Below are positions 49,805 through 60,900 of a stretch of DNA of 64,000 bases, piece by piece. Numbering within the stretch: the stretch's first letter is position 1; every line of letters begins with the position of its first letter. Below the pieces are notes generated by a model, which worked only from the letters and a program-made list of their open reading frames with translations, searched no databases and was not told where the DNA came from. Source of the stretch: Rhizaria sp. SCN 62-66 (lineage: Eukaryota); contig MEDY01000118.1 in NCBI GenBank assembly GCA_001724265.1, positions 1 to 64,000 of the forward strand, read 5' to 3'. A program made the translations under genes and the position numbers.

Positions 49805-51721
49805 GCGCGACGCAAGAGTCTAAGTCCAGCTAAGATGCTTAAGTGGCGTCAAGGTCAAGCTGTGCGGTGGAGGACCTCTATATTGTGACAGAGTGATGCT
49901 GCTATGGTGGCCGAGGTGAAGCTGATTGAGCAAACGTTTCGCAAGCTCATGCGTGAAATGGGTTTTTCGCCTCTGTGAGTGCTTGCTCTTGAGAGATGGT
50001 GCGATGTGTTGAGAGTCACAACTATATTATTATTATTACTGCGTCGTGGCTACTTCTACTCATTGCTTCACCATCTCAAGCTTGCTTCCCTCAAAAGAGC
50101 AAGGAATGACTCACCGACTCACTGCAAATTACACTTAAGTCAGACTTGCGCAGCATTGTCATGAGCTTTGTTCTCGTTTTTAGGGCCGAAATCGTCACAT
50201 ATTATTTCATAGTGTTGTCGTCATAGCTATCATCATCGTCGACTTCGTCGAATGACGAGTATCAAGTGCAGTATTTTCTTTTTTCTTTTGTCTGTTCTCG
50301 TATCATATTGCGCCTCTGATGCTGGGGTGATGCTATTGTCGCTATCGGGCAGGCTACTGTTGTTGCGAATACCAGTGCGACAAACTGTTTACCAATAACC
50401 TCCAGATTGTAGTTTAAAAGAAGAAGGAGTCGTATTATGCTTTATTGGTAAACGCTTGTTGCTGCTGCTCTGTCGCTGTCGTGGCTCGTTGTTGTTATAG
50501 TTTATTAGTGTGTCGTTGCTCGTTTGGTAACGCACACGCAAAGTTTATTTACAGTCATTTATATAATAATACGTAATCTATACGAATAAGAAAATGTAAA
50601 ATAATACATAAATTTCAAAATATAAACAGCAAATCCATACCTTCACTACGCTGTTGCTGCTCATGTCCTCCCTGTTATGTTTGGTTTGATGAGAGATAAC
50701 TCTGTTGTATCGAAAGCCCAAGAACCTTGACTTGGTATAAAATACTCACTTCTGTAAGCTATGTAGATTGACGCCTTTTTTACGTGTCCAAACAAGTCCA
50801 CCTGCTCTCAGTGACGCTGGTGTGCCAACAAACTCAAAAGCTTGTTGCTCCTCGATACAAAAAGAGAGGGCATCAACACCTTAATCAATGCAGTCTGTCG
50901 TCAGACTAGAGGAGCACATCATGCCTTATATAAATTTTCATTCATTCGACAACTATTCTTAGAATTACATTACATTACACAGTGCGAGAGCTTGACAGAG
51001 CACGCTAATTGGTCTCGTGATTTGACATTTGGCAAACGAGAGCAAAGACACCTCTCAAAAGTAGACATAACGTATGACCTAAGCAGCATAAATTTGCGTC
51101 GTAGTTTTTGCAAGTATCTAGTTTTCCATACCCAATCAAAAAATCATTCGACGATACATGCAAAGAGATATCAAATTATTTTGATGCTCGGTCAACGGGA
51201 GGCAGCAACGAACTGGTTGTGACTGTGAGCGACGGCTTGACTTTGATCCGACCGCCCTTAGAGGTCGAGCTCATGGAGAACAGAGCAGGTGAAAAAAGTG
51301 CCCCGTGTCATTTCTGTTGTCACAATGAATATGAAGGGTACGTCATTTGCGCATATCCGCGCTGTTTTCTATCTGCTCTTATTATTCACGACCTGTCCAG
51401 GGTCGTTGCTCGCACGAAAAGGACGCAGGCGTGGCCGCCCCCCCTTTGCCCCCCTCTCCCCCTTTGGACCAGCATAACGCGTTCCCTCCCTCGCCACAGC
51501 TCCCTTGACAGCCGTTGTGCTTACACTGTCCAACATCTAATTACCATTTCACAGCTACCTGTCATGGTTGCGTCCCGGGCCAACCTTGTTGTGTGTCACA
51601 TCTACCCTGAATCCAGCTCACCCAGTCTCCCGTCATTCGACTTTGTCTCTCTGCTCCTTCCACTTTCCTGCTGCCGCCTCGTCCCTTCTGCCCGCATCCG
51701 TCTACCCCTCCCTCAGGCTTT

Positions 51722-52162
51722 ATGGTGACCATCGCTATGGTGGTTATTCTGTGTGTGGCGTCTGTGTTCGCTCAGGACGCGGCTGCGACGACGACTGCTG
51801 TTACTACCACCAGCACCGACTCTGCCGCCTTCTCGGAGTTCTCTCCCTGCAAGACGTGCGTCTTCGTACTTGAGCGCATCAAGAAGGGCACCAACATGCT
51901 CCTTCCTGCCATCTGCTCTGAGGTCTACATGAAGTACCCCCAGAGCTACGGCACCTGCCACCACGTTCTCAACTCCCTCTCCCTCAACGGTAACAACGTC
52001 CGCTACTGGCTCTTCGAGGGCTGCTACAAGTACGAGATCTACGGTGCCCGCGAGTGGATCAAGCCCTGCCCTTCGCACGTCATGTGCTCCACCCTGCAGG
52101 ACCTCTCCGGCCAGCCCTTCTGCAAGCCCATGCCCATGGAGGACCCCTTCGCCGCCCGGTGA
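51722..52162 (+). CDS. Small secreted saposin-like (SAPLIP) Cys-rich protein (146 aa)
   Basis: Signal peptide MVTIAMVVILCVASVFA-Q, Thr-rich linker, then CKTC...AIC...GTC...GC...PC...MC...FC with saposin-like spacing. Strong codon bias like the conserved core genes. Confidence 0.75.
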   Translation: MVTIAMVVILCVASVFAQDAAATTTAVTTTSTDSAAFSEFSPCKTCVFVLERIKKGTNMLLPAICSEVYMKYPQSYGTCHHVLNSLSLNGNNVRYWLFEGCYKYEIYGAREWIKPCPSHVMCSTLQDLSGQPFCKPMPMEDPFAAR

Positions 52163-52936
52163 AGGGACTAGTGACGTCTGACAAGGTACAGGACATATCA
52201 GAGTGGAGCTTGAATAACGACACACGCTGAGTCGCACTGCGAAGCCCATCAGACGACGATGGTGGCTGCGCTGGCGATTGAGTGGAGCGAAGCTCTGTTG
52301 TGGTGCCGATGGATGATGAATGAAGAAGTTGAAGTTAATTCGGCAACTGTTGCTGCTGCTGATTGATGAGATGAGAATGCAGGGCCGGGGTCAGCGTCTG
52401 TCGCCCTGTGCTGTGTCTCTTTGCTCTCCGATTTCTGAGAAAAATGGACGCGTGCGGATGGCAGACGCGACCCGAACCCCCGGGGAATCCTGATCGAACA
52501 TGAGCGGGCATAGCTGTCTCCGTCGCACGCAGTCGCAGTCACCCTTTGTGTACTATGCGCTGCGTGCTGCGGCAAACTGGTGTGCTGCTTTTGCTTCACT
52601 CAAACACAAAATTCCAACAATCGAAACACAATCAATACATAACTATCCCCAAAACAAACAATCGCATCCTTCTAATTTTCGTGAAAATCACATTCAAGTG
52701 TGCTTGCAACTGTGTGTGTGCGTGTCTAGCCTGATAGTCGTAAAATACGAGTTGTTTATGATCATTAAATACGTGGATATATATATATAACAAATACAAC
52801 ATGACCCTGTCCTCACACTATTATAATATTAAAACAAAGAACGAAAAGTGAACGTCACGAACGCGTTATCCTCACTTGTTCTCTGCTCACTGTCACAGAC
52901 TCATACTCAGCGCTGCTTGCAACAGCCAGCTGCGGT

Positions 52937-55900
52937 TCACACCACGGAGGCGCCGCGCTGCACGGCCTTGCCCTCGGCGGCGACAGCCATGGCAAGCGCG
53001 GCGCGCGTCTTGTCCTTGCTGGCGCGGCCGCCGTCGCCGCCCTCGCCCCAGTGGAGGAGCAGCGCGTCGCGGGAGCCGTGGTAAGCGTCGTGCGTCGCGA
53101 TCACCTTGCCGGGCCCCACAGCGGCCGCGACCAGCGCCCACACCGTCGCAGGCGAGCCCGACAGCGCAGCCAGCTCCAGCGGCGTCCGCGTCGGGAACGC
53201 TGCGACGCGTTCCGCGGCCAGCGCCGGGTCCAGGTACTTGTTGCGCGCGAGCTCGCGGCGGCTGACCGTCGGTTGTGCCACAACCGTGAAGGCCGTGGGG
53301 GCCGTGTTGCGGCTGTCGGCGCGCGGCACGTCGCCCTTAGCCGCGCCCACGGTCGCCGGCGACGTCTGGTTGCGGTTCGCAACCACGGCTGCGGGCGCTG
53401 GGAAAGTCGCCGAGAGGCCGAGCGCGCTCACGGTCACCCCCGCGGCGCCGGTGGTGGGGCGCAGCGTCGAGGCCTCGACCTTGTCCCAGTACGACTGCAG
53501 GCGAGCGCGGTCCTCGGTCGTCGGGCCGTCAGCCGCAGTCTCGCCCTCCGTCGCAAGTGCTGACTCGGCGGCAGCAGCGGCGGCGTCGGCGTTCACGAGT
53601 GTGGTGGTGGTCTCGGTGATGCTCACGACTGTGCCGCTGCCCGCGCTGCTCCCGCTGGCGGCGTCGGCATTGTTCGCGACGCTGGTGTACGCGAGCGGGC
53701 TGCCGAGCGGCACGGGCAGCGAGACGCCGATCATGCCGCTGCCGGCGGCAAGGAGCGCGACGACGGCGTCTTTGTGCCCCGCGGCCGCGGCCTCGTGCAG
53801 CGCGCTGCGGCCGTGGCGCTGCGAGATCGAGTCCACCGCGGCCGCGACGGCGGCGCGGGCGGCCTCGCTCCACTCGCTGCCCGTGCCAGCGTCGACTGTG
53901 TTCTTGATGGCGATGGTGGCGGCGATGACGAGCGGCGCGCTGTTGGCGCGGACGCCGCTGAAGACGGCGCTCTCGCCGTGGATGTTTACGGCGCGCGGGT
54001 CCGCGCCCAGCGCCACAAGCGTCTCCACAGCCGCGGTCATCAGCGCCGGGCGCGCGCCGGAGGGCACGGAGACTGTGGACGGTGCGAGGGCGGCGAGCAG
54101 CGAGGAGCCCTGCGCAAGCGGCAGCAGCGAGCGCGCGACGGGCGCGATCGTCCGCGGGGTGAGCATCGACGCGTCGCTGGTGACCGAGGCCGGGAGCGCG
54201 GGGCGCAGGCAGTGCAGCGGCGTGTCGCCGTTGACCGCGCGCGCCGTCGCCGGAGCCACGCCAGACGCGGAGAGCAGCGAGGCGCACGCCAGGAGAGAGG
54301 CGTCGCGGTCGCTGCCAGAGGTGTAGCCGTCGCCGCCGGTGGGCAGACCGAAGGCCGCGGTGGCGGCGGCGTCGGTGGGGCGCAGGACGCGCGGGTCGCC
54401 GGGCAGCGGGAGCGAGGGGTAGAGAGACGGCAGCACCAGCGCGGGCGGCAGGCCCAGGCGCGCGCTCTGGGTGCGAGAAATAAAATATGGAAAGAAGAAG
54501 TTTTAAGTGAGTGTCAAGACAGAATACAGATTGAACAAATAATAAATATAAGCATGTTATAGATTCACGCAAATGTGTTAGTTGAGTGTTCCCAAGTAGT
54601 GATATATCGTCTGATTCGTAGACTGAACGTACCGTCCTGCGCTGGAAGCGGTAGGAGTAAACCTCGCTCTCGCGCGTCTCGCAGCTCTCAGCGGCCACGG
54701 CCTCAGCCTCCGCGGCCTGGCGCGCGGCCTCCGCGGCCGGTGTGAGCGTGTTAAGCTTCGCGCGCGCGGCGTGGAGCGACGCGAAGGGCTCCTTGATGGG
54801 GTGCGCCACGAGCAGGCCGGCGTCGTCGCAAAGCCCGTGGTAGTTACGGACCAGGTCGAGCGAGAGCGAGACGGACGCGGCGACCTCGGCGTCGGTCGGC
54901 ACGGGGCTGTGCGCGAGGTACGCCAGTAGGTCGAGTGCGTGGTCCAGCCGCGCCTGGCAGTCGCTGCTGCTCACCGTCGCCAGGTCGAAGAGGTCGTGCA
55001 GCAGCGTGCGGCCGGCGCGTTCGCCCATGGCGCACGGGTCCGTCACGAGAGCCGCGGCGGACAGCACGGTCGCCGCAGAGCCGCCAGCGCCAGCGCTGTT
55101 ACTGCTGTTGTTGCTGCTAAGAGATGCGATGAGCGCAGCGAGGGCCGCCAGGTCGCCGCGACGCGCGGCCGACAGGAGCGAAAGGTAGATGACGACGCCC
55201 GCAGCCTCAGCGGCGGTGCGCGGCGCGCGGAAGGCAGCTGTAGCCACAGGTACGGGATCCCGCAGCGCGAGCTCGCGCGCGGCGTCCTTGTCGTGTGAGC
55301 GGTAGGCCGCGATGAGGTTGCGCAGCGTCCAGCGGAAGAGCAGGCCCGCGAGCATGGCGAAAACGATAAAGCGCCACCAGTTGTCGCCGATTGAGAGCGT
55401 GGAGAACGAGTAACGCGGGCGGATAAGCGCACGTTGGAGGATGTTGCGGCGCATGTGGAGCGAGATGAAACGGCGCACACGCTTGAGGGCGGCACGGAAG
55501 CGGACGTAGTTGTGGTACACTTTGGAGGGCTTCTTGACGCGGAGAATAGTCTTGTAGCCCGCCTGGCGCTCGGTAGAGTAGTCAAACGTAGAGCCCTTGG
55601 CCTTGCTCTCCTCTTCGTCCTCTTCCTCTTCCTCTTCGTCGGCCTCGTCCTCCTTTGCGTCCTGCTTATTGGCGTCCTTGTTGTCCTTGTCCTTGTGGGC
55701 AGCATCATCGCCCTGCTTCTGCTGCTGCTGGAGACGGCGCGAGGACGAGTGAAAGCTAGCAGCCGCCACCGAGACTGCGGCGGCAACTGCGGCGCGCGCA
55801 GCAGGATTGTGCTAGAGATTGCAAGGCAGAGACGCAATGTATCATAGAGAAAAAATAAAGTGAGTCGGGGTAAGGTGAGCAAGAGTGACAAGAGGATACA

Positions 55901-56162
55901 GCAGGCCAATATTATCGCAAATAGCGACGAGTACAAAGTATGACAAAGAACACAAGTATTAACGTCGAAATATTCCTCTTATATAACGTACAGAGAAAGG
56001 CATAGTGCCAGGGGGATGGGGGCCCATGACAACAGGCCTGACGGCGCAGGGCTTCGCACTAGGTACGCGGCAAACCTCTGCCGCACCCGCACGAAGCGCG
56101 GACACAGATGCATATTTAGACGCAGACAGAACCGCGCGCTGGAAAGCACGGGCATTATGCAT
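52937..56162 (-). CDS. Ankyrin-repeat protein with a presequence-like N-terminus and one TM segment; exons 56162-55992, 55811-54633, 54466-52937 (959 aa)
   Basis: Ankyrin-like GRTLLH, GDTPLHC, LVALGADPRAVNIHGESAV, GRSALHEAAAAGHKDAVVALLAAG and TPLELAALSG; TM-like WWRFIVFAMLAGLLFRW. Two phase-0 GTACGT introns. Confidence 0.78.
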
Positions 56163-56618
56163 GATGTCTAAACAACCAATGTATATCGCGAGACACAAGC
56201 TCAAAGTCACTTGCTCATCACCATCAGTCCGCTCGGCCGACAGCGACCGCCGCCAGTCCAGCGAGCATGACTGTGAGCTTGGGTCGTCATTGCTGCAAAA
56301 AGTGTGTCTATCTCGCTCGTATCATCGTCGAATTGGATAAACTTTTGATATGATGGTTTTCAGTTTAGCTCTTTTATTCTTGGCTTTTTATTAGTGTTAA
56401 TTTGCTTATTAACTTTCTTGAATCGCCTTTGTGTTGACACTGCCCGTTACCACCTTCCTTCATCCACACCTCACGCCAACCACGACATCGCTCTATATTG
56501 CAGCATCAGCGCCTCGCCTAGACGACAAACGCACACCGCGATATTTTTGTATCCAGCCTCTAGCTCTGGTTGTCTCACATACGAGTCCTCTCCCTCATCG
56601 CTGTACTTTCGACAAGCC

Positions 56619-57711
56619 ATGTCGGACTACGCCGAAAAACAAAAGTACGCCCCACATTCGTCGAAACTTATCGTTCAAATCTAATAATGAATGAAATTTA
56701 TTGCAATGTCTTGCATATTCAAATTATAAATATGCGATATCTCACATACAAGTTGATATCTCTTTGTTCTGTCTTGAAATCACTTGCTTCGTGCAGATGG
56801 TTCGAAGCCACCTTCAACCGGCCGCTGTCGTCCCCGCTTGACCTGTACCGCATGGCGCGCCTGCAGTACGCTGCCGGCGCCTGGGAACTCACCGTGCAGT
56901 GCCTTGAACACTACTTTGGTACGCCATACTCTCTTTAGTCGGTTACAACCTCGCCCATGTCAATTGTATCCGACGAACTACTCACAAACATCGTTCGCTG
57001 CTTCTCTGTCACTCTCTTGCAGCTTTAACGCCGCCCCCCTTCGACGTGGCTCCATTACACCTGCTGGCCCACGCGCAGCGCCGCCTTGCGCGCTTTACCC
57101 CGGCGCTTGAGTGCTTTACCGCCCTCGCTACCGGCTCCAACAACAACACGAACATCGCCAGCATGGACCACAACAGCGCACTTGTAAGCGAGCTGAGCTG
57201 CGAGGCGGGCGGGTTCGACCTCGCGTGGCAGATGGCCGTGGAGACGGCGCTTGAGGCGGCTTGTGTGGCAGCCGCAGAGAAGACGGGCGGCCTGACTTCT
57301 GCTCAGAGCGGCTTGACTTCGGCGTCGGCGGAGGCGACGGAAAGGAATGCGGTGGTTGCATACATGGCAAAGCAGCCAAAATACGGCACGGGCGCTGACA
57401 GCGGCAGCGACGACGATGATGATGACGACGATGACGAGGCAGATGTATGTACGCCGCGCGTCGGTGTAAGGGGCTGCCCGGTCCCGGGTACTTACCCCGG
57501 CTGGGTCTGGACCGGCATCAACATGAATGCAAACGTGTGGCCACTCGTCGCGGACAAGCGGGCGCGAACAGTAGCCGGCAGTAGTAGCAACGCCGACACT
57601 AACGCAGCCATTGTTAACAGTGTCAGGGCAGCTGGAGCGCAGCAGAAGCCGCGGGCGTTGCTGCCTCATCAGGCGTCGCACTTACATAAGCCGCCTCCTG
57701 CGCAAAGTTAA
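56619..57711 (+). CDS. Hypothetical TPR-like protein; exons 56619-56644, 56797-56918, 57023-57711 (278 aa)
   Basis: Helix-pair patterns LYRMARLQYAAGAWELTVQCLEHY and LHLLAHAQRRLARFTPALECF. Two GTACGC...CAG introns restore the frame. Confidence 0.65.
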
Positions 57712-57992
57712 AGCATATTGTCTTGCTGAAAATCTCTGTCTAGAACTCATGAGTTCTACTTTATATCTAGCTTTTGTAACACGATGAAATCGTGACACAC
57801 AATCCGCAGTTGCATTGTTTGTCATGTCGATAAAGTCATCGCGTCCACCGATTACATTAGAACCACAAAGCATTGAGCATATGTCCTTAGTTGCAGGCAA
57901 AAATCAACACAATAAGTTCTGTATTACATCTACATAGGATACTCAAATAAACAACCAAAAATCGATTCGAATCACCGTCACAACTCACATGC

Positions 57993-60900
57993 TTATTTGC
58001 TCCCACTGGCCGTAGCGCCCAGCGCAGCCGCCGCGACGTTTGCGGCGGCCGTAGCCTGAGCCAGCCCGGCCGTGAGCAGCGTCGCCGCGAGCCGCAGGTG
58101 CGGGTGCCGCTGGCTGAGCGCGCGCCGCACCTCGGCGGTCTCCGCGTCGGCGGGCATGCGCAGCCCCGCGACCGCGGCGGCCTCGAGGGTCGCCAACACG
58201 CGCCGCAGCCGCTCCCACCAGGCCCGGCGCGCCGCGGCCGCCGCGGCCAGCGCGGACGGCGTCAGCGCGAGCGCGGCTGGGCCCGGCTGGCCCTGGCTCT
58301 GCGCGCCGCTGCCGCCGCCGCCGCCGCTGTTCGCGCTGCTGCTCGCGGCGGACACGGAGAGAGCGAGCGCGCCGGGAGGCATGGTGGCCACGGCAGCGGC
58401 GGCCGCGAGCGCCGCTGCGACCGCGCCAGAAACGGCAGTGGAGGAGCCGCTGCCGGAGCTGGAGCTGTTGAGGGGGATCGCCGATGTGGCAGTGGCCGTG
58501 GCGGTGGCAACGACGTCAACGCCGGCGTCGCCGGAGGTCAGGTAGTCGCCGAGGGCGCGGCCGAGGATGCGCAGCGGCGACGAGGAGGAGGACGGCGACG
58601 ACGACGACGATGACTGCGACTGAGACAGAGCAAGGCTCGTGCTATTGCTAGAGCTGCTGATGTTCGTGGGGGGCTGGCGGGAGGGCGAGCAAATGAGGAA
58701 GTGCAGCAAGTCTAAGGGGTCCAGCGCGAGGGCGCTTAGACTGCTGCTGCTCGTGTGGGCGCTCACGGCAGTCGTGCTCGCACCAGAGCTGACGACAGCG
58801 CCGGTCGCCGTCATGCCGACGCTCACACTCGCAGCGCTGCTGTTGTCGCCAGCGCTCGCGCTCAGCAGGACTGCTGTGTCAGCCTTGAGCGCGTTCACTG
58901 CCACCTTGACGATGTGCTCGACGACGGAGCCGGGGCCGCAAATGAGGCCCACATTCACGGGACTGCTGCCACTGAGAGCGTTGTTGTGCTCGGCAACAGC
59001 GCTGTTGGCGCTGCTCGCGCTCGTGCTCGTGTCGGCAGCAGCGAGCAGCTCGCGAACGCCCTTGAGCGTCTTGTACCCCAGCACGAACGCGTTGTTCGCA
59101 GCCGCGCTCGCACTCGCACTGCTCGCATTGCCGCGATTTGTGCTGGTGCTGCTGCTGCTGCTCGACGAAAGCGCCATCGCGCGGATCTGCGCGCGCGACA
59201 TGAGCACGTCGAGCACGGTGGCCTCAACAGCGCCCAGCAGCAGCAGCAGCCGCGCGCGTCCGCCCGCCGCAGTGGGCGACAACAGACACACTGCGCGCGC
59301 CGTCGCGGCCGCCGTGGCGCGGGCGAGTCCCAGCAGTCGCGTGGCCAGGTGCGTCTGCAGCACCACTGGCAGGCGCGCGGGCCGGTACAACGGCAGCAGC
59401 GCGTGGACGAGGTGCATGCATTGCGAGCGCAGCAGCCATAGGAAGCGAGGCACCACCGCGTCCTCCGCGGAGTCGCCGCCGCTGCCTCCGTCGACCGCAC
59501 CACCGGCTGGCAACGGCCCCGTAAGGCTGCTGGCACTGTGGACGTTACTACCGCTGCTGTCGCCGTAGACGTAGTGGTACGAGTCGAGGTGGATGAGCGC
59601 GACGGTGTTCTTGAGCGTGGCCGCAGCGCCCTTGACGAGGCAGCCCAGCCCCGCGGCCATTATGCCGCCGGCGCCGGCCCGCGCGGCCTCGAGCGTGGCC
59701 GCCGCGCGCGGCGACAGCGTGGGGTGCCGCGCAGCCAGCGCCGCGGGCGACAGCGCGCCGTCGACCTGCGCCGCGAGACAGAAGACGAGCGCGTTGCGGC
59801 GCTGGGCGTCGGAAGCGCCCCACACCAGCACCGACTCCTGTTCGGGCTCGGGGTCGTGGTCGTAGTTGTCGTCAGCGTCGCGCTTCTTACTGTTGATGTT
59901 GCTATTGTTATAGAGCTGCTGCTGCTGGGGCGACAGAGGGGCGAACGGCAGCGGCGCGGCGCCGATGGGCACCCAAGAGTAGCGCCCGCCCCCGCCGACG
60001 TTGCCGGTGACCGCGGCGACCGCGGCCTGCTGCAGCCCCGCGGCCTGCGCCGCCGCGGCCGCCGCCGTCGCCGCCATCGCCGCGGTGCTGGCCGTCGCGG
60101 TCACGTTGGCCGCCGCGGTCGTAGAGCCGGGATTCGCGCGCGCCACACCCGCCGCCGCCGCCGCCGCGGCCGCCGCGGTGTTGGCCGCAGGGGCCGTGGT
60201 CAGCAGGGCCTGCATGCGGCGCAGCCAGCGGTTACCGCGGTCCGCGGGCGCCGCGCCCACCCAGGGCGGCAGCACAAGCTGCAGCGCGGCCGTCGCGGCC
60301 GCGGGCGGCGTCCCGGGGGCCGGCGCCGTGGCGGCGACAACGGCGGCCGCGGGGCCCAGCACGTACGGATCGTTGCGGAGACACAGCAGCCCCTCGCAGC
60401 GCACGGAGAATAGGAACAGAGCCTTAGCAATCGACTGGCACACCAGCAGGTGCAGCGCGGGGCCGCCAAGCAGAGGCACGTCGAAGTACGATGCGGACGC
60501 AGCAGCAGCAGCGGCGGCGACGGCAGCGGCGGCGGCAGCGGCGGAGGCAGAGGCGCTGTTGGTGGTGTCGCGACCGGCCGGATCCGTAAGTGCGGTTGAC
60601 GTCGGCATAGAACTCGCGTTTGCAGTACCATTGGCAGCCGGGTTGGCAGTGTTTGTACTGCTGTTGCTGGGCGGCGCGGTGGTGATGGCGCGGATGAGCG
60701 GGGTGAGCAGCAGCCCGTCGACGTCGCTCTCCTCGGCCGGCGTCAGCGGCCCGCCGTCGACGCTGCACAGCGAGGCCACCATGGTGCCCGTGAGCTCGGT
60801 GAGGACCGAGGCGACAGAGGCCTCGCTGGGCACGGCCTCGCCCAACGAGTCCCAGTGCACAGTGCGGATGGAGCGGCCGCTCGCGCCACTGCAAGGAGAC

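Noticed and set aside
50842..51728. 126-aa and 206-aa ORFs upstream of the saposin-like gene, one preceded by an in-frame TAG
   Set aside because: TTG starts and non-coding-like composition. Reading through the TAG at 51102 reaches TGA within ten codons, so it does not support recoding.
52313..52438. Possible C/D-box snoRNA (ATGATGA...CTGA) downstream of the saposin-like gene
   Set aside because: The boxes lie in GAT/GCT-rich low-complexity 3' sequence, D'/C' spacing is too tight, and I found no terminal stem or rRNA-complementary guide.
53529..54632. C-terminal part of the 746-aa ORF (53529-55769) as real protein
   Set aside because: It reads through an AT-rich intron (54632-54467) into the wrong frame. 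The spliced frame gives ankyrin repeats.
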